NCBI RefSeq assembly: GCF_009914755.1
Contig: NC_060927.1
DNA from: the human T2T-CHM13v2.0 reference genome, Homo sapiens
Strand: one strand, 5' to 3'
Length of the DNA stretch: 64,000 bases
Shown here: positions 50,234 to 64,000 of the stretch, piece by piece
Layout of the letters: the number at the start of each line of letters is the position of its first letter
How positions within the stretch are numbered: the first letter of the stretch is position 1
The notes under the pieces: generated by a model
The model's database searches: none
What the model saw: the letters and a program-made list of their open reading frames with translations, nothing else
What the model was told of the DNA's origin: nothing
Program-made: the position numbers and the translations under genes

Positions 50234-51162
50234 GAAGTGCCATCTGATTTCTAAATTTGTATATTGGATGGATGCCAGCATCTCCACCTGATTAAAACTG
50301 AATTTACTACCTGCTTTCCAAATCATATCTACCAGCTGTATTCTCCCATTTCAGTGAATAACAATACCATTTAGTTACCCAAATAAGAGTGTGGTATTTT
50401 CTTTGTGCTCACTTCCCAGTAGGCTCCCATGTATTTTCTGTTCTATATTCAGAATATCTCTGGAACTTACTGCTTTTTCCCAAATCTCTTGCAGCAACTG
50501 CCTTAGCTGAGATTTTTCTCATCTCCCACCTAGTAGCCTGCAAACCGGTCTCTTTGCCTCAGGTTTCCTAGGCTCTAATAACTCCTGCACATTGCTGTCA
50601 CAGTAATCATTCTGAAACACCTATTTAATCATAGTGTACCTACCACTTAAAGACAGGATAGTTGGTTTTTCTTTTTTCTCTAAAACACCAGATTGAATGG
50701 AGACATCAAGTGATTACCAGAGTTGACCTCTACAGATTAGAATGACACAAAAAATAACAAGCCATTGCTGTTATCCTGGGAGTCTAGAAGTTTCACAGGC
50801 TTCAGCTCATTCCTGGCTTCCACTCCACACCCATCCACAAGCCTCATTCAACCTAGAGAGAGTATGTGTGTGAGGGAAAGAGGGAGGCCTCAGTAGCAGC
50901 AAGCCAGGTCTATTGTGACACCTGTTAGAAACCTGGTAACATCCCACAGGGGCAGACCCAGAATCCAAGGTACAGAGCGGTGTGAGGGCATCTGCACATG
51001 TAGCTTATTAGATACCATGAGTATGACTCTCTCAGATGTATCTCCTTCCAGTTTATCAAGGGAAAACAAATTTGGTGAGACTACACTAAAAAGAATCATA
51101 TGCGCAATCCGCTTAATTAATACATTTGGGCTTTTTTTTTTTTTTCCAAATCAGTTATTTAC

Positions 51163-51533
51163 TGATATGGTTTGGCTGTGTCCCCACCCAAATCTCATCT
51201 TGAATTATAACTCCCACAGTTGCCACATGTCATGGGAGGAACCCAGTGGGAGGTGACTGAATTATGGGGGCGAGTCTTTCCTGCACTGTCCTTGTGATAG
51301 TTAATGAGTCTCACGAGATCTGATAGTTTAAAAACAGGAGTTTCCTTATAACAAGCTCTCTTTTTGGCTGCTGCCATCCACATAAGACATGACTTGCTCC
51401 TCCTTGCCTTCTGCCATGATTTGTGAGGCCTCCCCAGCCACGTGGAACTGTGAGTCTAATTAAACCTCTTTATTTTGTAAGTTGCCCAGTCTCGGGTATG
51501 TCTTTATCAGCAGCATGAAAAGGGACTAATACA
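51163..51533 (+). mobile_element. THE1 (MaLR) solo LTR
   Basis: TGATATGGTTTGGCTGTGTCCCCACCCAAATCTCATCTTGAATT..GACTAATACA; degenerate 5-bp TSD TTTAC/TTTTC. Confidence 0.92.
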
Positions 51534-51747
51534 TTTTCACCTCAAAGCTTTACTCACCCTGACCTGTAACATTTCTATGTACTATACACTTAATGTATAT
51601 TTGTTAGTGCAGTCAGCCCTTGACCTCCTATAAATGCATTATTTGCTTTTGAATCTTATTCTAAAGAATCCCCACACAGTCCAATTAATGAGATTTGAGA
51701 CATTTATACCCTAAAGCTCTCCAGCCACAAAGACAAAAACCTTAAGT

Positions 51748-52289
<542 letters not shown>

Positions 52290-52631
52290 TCTTAGAATGT
52301 CACATATATCCATATTCCAATATAAATAATGTCCAAATCAAAATGCAATCCAAGCTAGTATTACTGATTTAATAATCAGTACTCTACTGTTTTCTGCCTT
52401 CAATCAGAATAATGTAAAATTGGTTAAATAATGCTATAACAAGAAAGTAAAAATAGAGACTTAATAAACTATATGATTGAAGCCTCATTTTAATAAAATT
52501 TTTACAACACATAAAAGATGACTGAGACTGGTAAGTTTGGAGTATCAATAGTCATGTCAAAGTTTGGTTTATATTTGAACTAATTTTCCCAGGAAATTTT
52601 GTCTCATTGAGGAAAATAAAGAATCTGCTGT

Positions 52632-52930
52632 AGCCGGGCATGGTGGCTCATGCCTGTAATCTCCACACTTTGGGAGGCTGAGGCGGGCAGATCACCTAAG
52701 GTCGAGAGTTCAAGACCAGCCTGACCAACGTGGTGAAACTCCATCTCTACTAAAAATACAAAAATTATCTGTGTGTGGTGGCTGGCACCTGTAGTCCCAG
52801 CTACACAGGAGGCTGAGACAGGAGAATTGCTTCAACCTGGGAGGCGGAGGTTACAGTGAGCCAAGATCACGCCACTGCACTCCAGCCTGGGTGACAGAGC
52901 GAGACTCCGTCTCAAAAAAAAAAAAAAAAA
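52632..52930 (+). mobile_element. AluS
   Basis: Full dimer; TSD AATCTGCTGTA. Confidence 0.9.
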
Positions 52931-53691
52931 TCTGCTGTAACACTGAAAGATCTAGAGTAAATCATACACTAGCATGAATTACTAGACCATCTAAAATAAA
53001 TTATCCACTTCGCAACTACAAGTAAAGACATGAAGAATTAAGACATGCCATATAGTATATATTGTGCTATATACTTATGTGCAACTGTATTATCAAACTC
53101 AGTGTTTTGTTTCTTACTATACAGTCACAAAACCTATCCTTGGGAGTGGGGCTAGGGGTAGGGAGAGAGACCTGTGGTCCTCTGTATGATCAGCCGTACA
53201 ATTTAAACAAGTATTAATATTTTGAGCATCTCAGTTCACCTTGTAAGCCATCTTAAGCCATTATAGGCCTAAGATGTATATATTCATATAAACCCATCGT
53301 TTTCATTGTATATTTTCAAATGATTTCACCTCTTGGGGAAAGAGAATTCTCTGAGTTTACTACCAGTAGGGTAAAATATTTGCTCCAAAATGACCTCTTT
53401 TCAGGCGTTGTCTTCAAGGAGTTTGTCACTCACCTTTCCCAGACTTGGTTCAGAATGAACCAGTAGTTCTTAAAAAGCACATTCGCCCACAAAAAAAAAT
53501 TGTTTGGCACCATGGAACCGTGTGGGTGGCATGCCCTAAAAGAAAGCACCAAATCCCTAAGGGCAGTTCCAAAGGGCAAATTTTAATGCTTTCAATAATA
53601 CTATTGTTACAAAAACTTTTTAAGATGAATGCTTGATGGATAATGGTTTTTAGTATATATAAATTTTAGAATATTTATTACAAGAAAATAA

Positions 53692-54358
<667 letters not shown>

Positions 54359-54468
54359 CTCACAGTGACTTTAATAAGTCATAATAGCACATGTCATTTG
54401 TATATCTAAAAACACTATAAAACACTATCAAAATAAATACGACAATTCTAAAATGTATCTGGCTGAGT

Positions 54469-54806
54469 TACAGTAATGTGCCATGTAACATTTTCAATGG
54501 CATTCTGCATATATGATGGTAGTCCCATAAAATTATAATACCGTATTTTTACTGTACCTTTCCTATGTTTACATACGCTTAGATACACAAATACTTATTG
54601 TGTTACAACTGCCTATGTGTTCAGTATGGTAACATGCTGTACAGGTGTGTAGCCTCAGAGCACTGGGCTGTACCATGTAGCCTAGGTGTGCAGTAGGCTG
54701 TACCATCTAGGTTTATGTAAATACACTCTGATGTTCAGACAATGACAGAATTGCCTAATGATGCATTTCTCAAAATGTATCCACATCATTAAATGACACG
54801 ACTATA
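54469..54806. mobile_element. Tigger3/MER7A DNA transposon
   Basis: GTCCCATAAAATTATAATACCGTATTTTTACTGTACCTTT..GCATTTCTCA. Confidence 0.82.
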
Positions 54807-54858
54807 TTGTCTTTTTAGATTCGATATAGTAGAAACTCCCCAGAACAATGTCACTTAC

Positions 54859-55140
54859 TTGTATTCCAGTTGAAGGTCTGATTCACTCTTAAATGTCCAT
54901 ACTTGATGAGACACATGAAGCTGTGGTTGGTTGTCATATTGAAATCCAGTTTGCTGCTAACAGCATAGAGCTCAGTTTCAGGATCTTGGGAAACTGTTGT
55001 GTTGATGGCATTTAATTCTTCTCCATTTTCCAACCAGGAGAGGTGAGGCTCTGGAAAACCTCCAGAGGTTGAGCAAATTATCCTTCTAATATTAGAAGTT
55101 GGAATTTCAAAGTCAGATATACTAGGTGTAGGGAAGTCAG
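54859..55140 (-). CDS. CD80: CD80 IgC exon, 282 bp
   Basis: ctttAG / GTAAGT; (A)DFPTPSISDFEIPTSNIRRIICSTSGGFPEPHLSWLENGEELNAINTTVSQDPETELYAVSSKLDFNMTTNHSFMCLIKYGHLRVNQTFNWNT. Confidence 0.97.
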
Positions 55141-55241
55141 CTAAAGAAAGAACAAGAATATATAATTACGTATAGTTACAAACCTATGTGTGTAGAGGTT
55201 TATTTTTAAATAATTTTCTAGCTTTAATAAGAATTGATAAA

Positions 55242-55543
55242 GGCCAGGTGCAGTGGCTCACTCCTGTAATCCCAGCACTTTGGGAGGCCGAGGCAGGTGG
55301 AACACCTGAGGTCAGGAGTTTGAGACCAGCCTGGCTAACATGGCAAAACCCCATCTCTACCAAAAATACATAAATTAACCAGGCGTGGTGGCAGGCGCCT
55401 ATAATCCCAGCTACTCGGGAGGCTAAGGCAAGAGAATGGCTTGAACCCAGAGGGTGGAGATTGCAGTTAGCCGAGATCGTACGACTTCACTCCAGCCTGG
55501 GCAAAAGAGCAAGGCTTCATCTCAAAAACAACAAAACAAAACA
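55242..55543 (+). mobile_element. AluS
   Basis: Full dimer; degenerate TSD AAGAA(T)TGATAAA. Confidence 0.9.
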
Positions 55544-57519
55544 AGAATGATAAAATGAGATATAATTTGCAACTTCCCATTACTCATTAATAGTTATGTA
55601 TAATCCAAAGACTAACTTTGATTTGAATTGGTTATATCAATTCTTTGCCACTTTTGATGGAGATAGGAGGGCACTTATTACAGAAAGGAGAAGTAGGTTC
55701 GTGTGAATAAATGTTGCCAGAGTACTTGCAATTGTAAGAGATGAAGAGAAGAATAATAGACAACGTTTACTGAACTCTTGTTTGTTAGGTCTGGACCTTA
55801 CCTCATTTTGTCCTCACAGAAACCCTAGAGAGGTAGGTTGTAGATCTAAAAAGGTCAAAGATCAGTAATTTCATATGATTTAACCTAATATAATTTCCAT
55901 TTTATAAGTAATCAAACTGAGGTTTAGAGAAATTATAACTAACCAGTAATGGCAGAATTCAAATCTGTCTGACACCAGAGCCTATCTTTTCTTGACCTTG
56001 CCTTTCTTTCTTTCCTTTCCCTTTCTTCTCTTCTCTTCTTTTCTTCCTGATGCTTGAAGTACACAAGTGGCTTTCTTCTATGTTATCTATTTATTTACTA
56101 AACTATAGCGAACGCCTGAAAACCCACCATCCAACTTGAGACCAAAAACACTGACAGTAACTTAGGTAAATCTGCTGGTATGATGTCACCTATCCTGTCC
56201 CTCTCTTTCCCTTACCTAAGGTAATCACTATCACTATCCTAAATTTGTGGTTAGCATTTCCTTGCTTTTTAAAAGGTCGTCTTTTACATGAGGGGCCTAC
56301 CCCTTTGCTCTTGAGAATGGTTTCTCATGTCCTCCTTTCTGGCCTTATCCTTTGAACATTGACTCTTAAGTCTGTTACAGGTAAGGGCTCCATGAAGTTG
56401 TGTTTCCCTTTTCTTTCTGGCTACCTAAACTCAATACATAAATAGAGAAGGCTTTGCCTAACATAGAACTTTCGTTGGAAAGGGTCTAGATGGGGAGAGA
56501 GAAAACATAAATCTGGTCAAGGAGAGGAGATCTTGGAGAAAGGAAAATGCTGCCTAATTTACAAACCTGTGACCTGCCTTTTGAGGGGGCATTGTGTGCG
56601 TGTGAGTGGGGGGCAGGCATTGAACTATAGTCATGAGCTTTTGCTTCTACTGAGTCTCACCAACACCCCATACCCCAAAAAAACACCCATGACCAGTATT
56701 TTTTAATTTGCATATTTATTTCTGGATGGGTTTTCCCCTCTTTATTCTGTCCTCATGAGACCATGGGCAAAGCTCTTTATTTTAGGTGAGAAGAAAAACT
56801 CTGAACCACATCAGTAATGTTTTCATTTGAAAATATCATTGAAATGTATTTGAATAAATTTATTTGAATTCATTTGAATTTTTTAATTATTTTGATAGTA
56901 GACATGCTGTTTATTTATTTAATGTGCATATGGAAGCCTGAAAAATAGAAAGCTGTATAGACTGAGTTTAGTTGTTAATTGGTTTGGGAGTCTTCCATGC
57001 ATAATTTATGACTTCTTGGTGTTCTATATATTTGTCCGAATTAATTACTGGGATGAAGCTATGCTAGCTTTCAAACAGGAGATGCCTTTCAGAAATTTGT
57101 ATATTGTGCAGTTGCCAGACCAATTAAATACCTGGTTGAAATTAAAAAAAAAAAAAGTAGTCTTTTACTCAGAAAAACCTATATCCAAACTACAACATTG
57201 AGCCTATAACCTCATTCACCACACTTTATTGTTTTTCTTACTATTTTGATATGCCTTAAAGGGACAGGAAGGCCTTCCTAGCATTCCTCCAAGACCCTTG
57301 AGGCACTGTTTCATTTATATATTTGATCCCCATAAGATTCTGAAGTACAAAGTACAGGAAAATAAATGCAGAGAACATAGGAGAAAGATACCTAGCGGCT
57401 TCGTCACTTATTCTTACACATAAAGAGATTAGCTTCTTAGCATGAATGTAGGGATTCAATCTCCTCATAGAGTTAGCTTTCTTTTCAGAATTCTGAGCCC
57501 CACAGAGATGTCATGTAGC

Positions 57520-57970
57520 ATATGGTCATCAAAAGCAGGTTTTAAAACCAGTTCTGCCTTGTGACCCTGGGTCAATAACTTACCCACCTTTAGTCTTAGT
57601 TTGCTCATCTATAAGATAGGGACACTAATACCCAGGGTTGTAAGAATTAAATGACATCGTTCATAGAAATCACTTAGCACAGAGCCTGACACACAGGAAA
57701 CTAAATAGTCTCACTCTGTTGCCCAGGCTGGAGTGCAGTGGCACCATCTTGGCTTACTGCAACCTCCGGGTTCAAGTGATTCTCCTGCCTCAGCCTCCAG
57801 AGTAGCTGGGACTACAGGAGCCCACCACTACCATCTAATTTCTTGTATTTTTAATAGAGATGGGGTTTCACTGTGTTAGCCAGGATGGTCTCAGTCTCCT
57901 GACCTCGTGATCCACCAGCCTCGGCCTCCCAAAGTGCTGGGATTACAGGCGTGAGCCACCACACCCAGCC
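57520..57970. mobile_element. MIR (+) abutting a tail-less antisense Alu (57707-57970)
   Basis: MIR core TGTGACCCTGGG..CTCATCTATAAGATAGGG; Alu begins AGTCTCACTCTG with no poly-T. Confidence 0.8.
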
Positions 57971-58487
57971 AATGATAGCTATATTTAAGTGGGTCTTGAA
58001 TTTATCCTCTCTTAGGTAAGCCCCCTCATTTAAATCAGGTTGCCAGGCAAACACTTCCAGGAATGCCTTGTGGCACCTACAATAATGAGGATAAAGGGAA
58101 GCCATGACAAATGATGATAATTGCCAGGAAAGAGGAAAAGTTGGATTTGGTTGGAGGTGAAGTTACCTTTTTTTTTTGTTTGTTTCAATGAACCCTGTCC
58201 CTAAATGAAGTTTGATATGTTCCTGAGCCACTTTTAGTTGGCATTGTTATTTCCCACTTATTAATTTATCCTATAAGATCGACTCATGACACAGGCAGCT
58301 GATATCTAGAATATTCTGTGTTTCTTATAACATCAATATGTTTTGTGTTATAACTAGGAATAATAAATCCAAAAACTCATATCCTAAATTATTAATATGA
58401 TTCATGTTCATTTCTGTGCTCTGCTTTTCTGGGAAATAAACTACAGGAATGCCACTCATACCAGGAACTGTATTAAAAATCTTTTCA

Positions 58488-58804
<317 letters not shown>

Positions 58805-59145
58805 TTAGAACAGCCTAAACTCCATCTCCCACCTTTTTTCTAAGGTGATCTGTTTAGGGTAACTACTCCTGAGGTCTTGTGAGATTGTGAACAATCAAAG
58901 ACGTTGTAAGACTGTAACCTTTGTATCTCATTTTAATTAGTTAACCCAATTTTTACCACTCTTAATAGGAAAGGGTAGGAATGTCTTACAAGGAAAGGAA
59001 TAGGTGCACATGTTTTAGGAGGAAAAATCCATTAACCTAGTTAAGCTGTTAACGAATGTAGCTAGTTCTCAAACATGCCAGTTAATGGAGGTTTTCATAT
59101 GGCTATGCTGATATTATATTACCATTTTGCAATCTTAGACAAATA

Positions 59146-59445
59146 TAGGGTAACCAACGTGTCCTATTTGCCTGAGACTTTCCCAGTTTTAGCACCAAAA
59201 ATCTTGTGCCCCAAATAAACCCTTTGGTTCTGAGCAAAGAGGATACCTGGTCACTCTAGCCAAATGAGAGCTTAATTCCTTGCTTCTCAAATTGTGGTCC
59301 TCCACAGCAGCACAGGCATCACCTGAGAGCTTGTTAGAGGTGCAGAATCTCAGATCCAAACCCCAGACCTACTGAACTTAAATCTGCATTTTTAACAAGA
59401 CCCTCAAATGACTCATAGGCTTATAAGCATTTGAGAAACACTGCT
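59146..59445. mobile_element. MER81-like (59146-59258) and MER5A-like (59280-59443) DNA elements
   Basis: TAGGGTAACCAAC..GGTCACTCTA; GCATCACCTGAGAGCTTGTTAGA..GCAGAATCTCAG..TTTGAGAAACACTG. Confidence 0.72.
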
Positions 59446-60310
59446 TTGACTCAATTGGAAAATTCAGAATGCTTCTCAGCAAAATTAAGCGAGTGACCTT
59501 TTTGTCTTCCCTTTACTGGATTTTGTCCACCCACACACCCTCGGTTCTGAGTACCCCAGAAATCTCACATTGTCCCCTTAGCTGTCCTTGGTCTCTTACG
59601 GTAATCTGCTAATAGGGCCTGCCCCCCTTGAAATGTTTCCTTTTCTCACTCTTGGATTTTCTTCTTTATCTTTCTATCCAAATTCACCTGACCTGAGTCT
59701 ACTTCTCTCTCGGTAGTCCATTAGAGGACTACGTACCTAATGTAATTAACTAATACAGGCTAATATATTTGTGGTGCCACCCCCCACCCCCCACCCCAGG
59801 AAACACATTTTCATTTTAACAGGGATCTTTTAGGAGGAAAATGGAGAAACTAGCAGGAATGGCTATGATGATGAGAATTTCAGGAGTCAATGCAGGTGAA
59901 AATCGTGGAAGAGGTAGGCTTCTTAGTACCCCTCAAATCACATCACCATATAATAATTTATTCTATCCAAGAGCAGAGAAAACACTGAGTGAAGTTTAAG
60001 ATAGTTCCATGTAACTTTGGCTTACTCCCCACAACTTTAGGTGTGATCTGGATGTCACAAGTAAAGATTCATAGCTAATGATTAAAACAAAGAACAGTAA
60101 GGAATTCACTACGGATCTGCTGAAGTTATCTATTATCAAGGTTAATCATTATGTTTTATTAAGTAAGAAGTTTGGTTTTCACTAGAGGCTCAAGTCCCAG
60201 GGGAAAAAGAAATATGTTCAAATTTCAACTGTGAGAAAATGGCTCAGGGATATAATTTCTCAAAAAGGGCTCTGGCTCCTTCAGTATCCTCTGTTATACT
60301 GTAATTAAAG

Positions 60311-60989
60311 TGAAACCCCCTTTGCAAAATTATGACTGAGACAGTGAAAGAGATCTAACTTAACTGACTCCATCTTGCTTCTAACCTCCAAGCTATCTTT
60401 GTTCACTCCTGGGTGTAGGCTGAACTAACTTTGGTAGAAACTTAGTTTATAGTTTATAGTTTAAACAAAGATGGTAACAGCCCTTTCCCAAAGCAGACCT
60501 CCTTCTTGCCTGGGGAGTAGATTGCCTTTGTAGGACTAACATTAGCCACAAGATTAGAAATTATGGTTTAGGAGTCATAAAGCTGGATGCTATGAGATTC
60601 TGACCCTCCCTAAACTGCTCCTAAGATCAGTGCTTGAGCTATTTTGCAGCCCCTGCACTTGATGGATCAGCTGGCACCACCCAGATCAATAAACTGACTC
60701 ATCTGATCTTGTGGCCCCCCAACCCAGTGCAAGAAGACAGCTTCAACTCCCTATGGTATCATCCCTGACCAATCAGCACTCCCAGCTCACTGGCTTCCCC
60801 CGACCCACCTAGTTATCCTTAAAAACTCTGCTCCCCAGATGCTTGGAGAGACTGATTTGAGTAATGATAAAACTCCGGTCTCCCGCACAGCCAGTTGTGC
60901 GTAAATTACTCTCTCTATTGCAATTCCCCTGTCTTGATGAATTGGCTCTATCTACGCAGCAGGCGAGGTAAACCTCTTGGGTGGTTACA
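60311..60989 (+). mobile_element. LTR8 (ERV1) solo LTR, antisense to CD80
   Basis: TGAAACC.CCTTTGCAAAATTATGACTGAGACAGTGAAAGAGATCTAAC..GGTTACA; perfect 4-bp TSD AAAG. Confidence 0.88.
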
Positions 60990-61119
60990 AAAGCAAGGGT
61001 CCTTTCTTTCCGAGACCAGAAATGCTTGCCTTCCACAGTAGGTACATAAACAGGGCTTTGATTCATAAATTAGTTTTTTTCCTTGTGGCAGGAATTAATT
61101 ATGCATCCAATTCTCTAAC

Positions 61120-61447
<328 letters not shown>

Positions 61448-61585
61448 CAATTCTCTAACATCTAATTTTTCAGGACTGACTGCTAGATTAGAGCTTCAAA
61501 TATGCAATAAGTAAATTATCACTTTGAAAATATTAGAATATAATAGTAAGATAGCCATAGTAATAGACGTTCACATACTACCTGA

Positions 61586-62026
<441 letters not shown>

Positions 62027-62270
62027 TAGTGCCCCAGGATGATTGTCATGAACTTGGATTGTCAAAGAACAAGAAATGCACATTAACAGATATTTCCAGG
62101 ACATCTTTAGAAACCAGTTAGAGTTTATTGTACAACTAGAGACTTAACTCCAAGAAATGAAGTGAGATACATCCCTCTTTGGTAAAATTTTCACCTAAAT
62201 CAATAGCCATGTGTCTTTAAGGGCATTAAGAATCTGCCGGCCTAGAGTAAAATCAGAAAATCCCACCAAC

Positions 62271-62588
62271 CTTTGACTGATAACGTCACTTCAGCCAGGT
62301 GTTCCCGCTTGAAAGCGTCTTTTTCATACTTCAGAACAACACACTCGTATGTGCCCTCGTCAGATGGGCGCAGAGCCAGGATCACAATGGAGAGGTTATT
62401 AGTGATATCAAAGATGGTCCGGTTCTTGTACTCGGGCCATATATTCATGTCCCCAGACATCATAGTCAGCACCATTTTCTTCTCCTTTTGCCAGTAGATG
62501 CGAGTTTGTGCCAGCTCTTCAACAGAAACATTGTGACCACAGGACAGCGTTGCCACTTCTTTCACTTCCTTGGTCACGTGGATAACAC
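62271..62588 (-). CDS. CD80: CD80 IgV exon, 318 bp
   Basis: ccatAG / GTTGGT; (G)VIHVTKEVKEVATLSCGHNVSVEELAQTRIYWQKEKKMVLTMMSGDMNIWPEYKNRTIFDITNNLSIVILALRPSDEGTYECVVLKYEKDAFKREHLAEVTLSVK; upstream exons are outside the window. Confidence 0.98.
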
Positions 62589-62749
62589 CTATGGAGAGGC
62601 AAACAGAACAAGATTGTATATTTATTAAATACAGATTCCTGCATGGTCAGGAATCCAAAGTCGGCAGTAACAGAACTTAGGGTGTTGTGTCTAGTGACTA
62701 AGTATCAATCCAGTTTGATTTTTGGGGTCCCCAATGCTTTTTTTCTCTT

Positions 62750-63680
<931 letters not shown>

Positions 63681-64000
63681 ATGCTTGTTAAAGGTTTTGG
63701 AAGTCACTATCTAGAAAAACTAAATGTGATTGCATAAAAAACAAATTTGGTTTTGAAAACAATGAAGACAAATCACTAAAATCAGACTCATGGACCAATC
63801 ATTATAACATAACCTATCCCCTTCCTTTTTCTTGAGAATTTTCCAATGACATGCAAGATTTAGGAGCATATGAGCCTTCTCTCACAGCAGGCAATTTTTA
63901 GTCCTATTACTTCTTATTTGGTTTACCTAACACAATACCACCCCCAAGAGAAGTCAGTCCTGACTAAGGTTCTGGGTACAGTGGTGGTGGAGGAGGGCAA

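Noticed and set aside
51429-51441. PRDM9 hotspot motif in the THE1 LTR
   Set aside because: Reads CCTCCCCAGCCAC, the consensus form, not the hotspot-associated CCTCCCTAGCCAC
62273-62628. Plus-strand ORFs overlapping the CD80 IgV exon
   Set aside because: Antisense shadows of a coding exon, with non-ATG starts and no other support

Overview
Primate (human-type) genomic DNA recognisable as the chr3q13.33 POGLUT1-TIMMDC1-CD80 cluster. It holds the last six coding exons of POGLUT1 (+, ends KTEL-stop at 10153), the complete 7-exon TIMMDC1 gene (+, 285 aa, ATG 16452, stop 41474, CpG-island promoter), and the 3' part of CD80 (-, IgV, IgC, TM and cytoplasmic exons plus a non-coding last exon) converging tail-to-tail with TIMMDC1. 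The introns are dense in Alu, L1, L2/MIR, hAT/Tigger and LTR relics; most ORFs in the supplied track are repeat-derived noise. Non-obvious observations read from the sequence: (1) a 29-bp unique flank of the Alu at 14.2 kb is copied, inverted, into the tail of an Alu 47 kb away, and there are further short templated duplications; (2) a CSRP2 processed pseudogene with 13-bp TSDs appears to lack exon 2 and lies sense to CD80 just upstream of the TM exon, supplying candidate acceptors and a polyA signal for a soluble CD80; (3) a TSD-flanked ~76-nt 28S rRNA retrocopy; (4) the 80-bp TIMMDC1 intron-5 poison exon; (5) a uORF in frame with TIMMDC1; (6) stop-free TIMMDC1 exon circles bracketed by inverted Alus. 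No prokaryotic-type system (CRISPR etc.) is present. Repeat subfamily names and boundaries come from remembered consensus sequences and are approximate; exon numbers are from recalled annotation.
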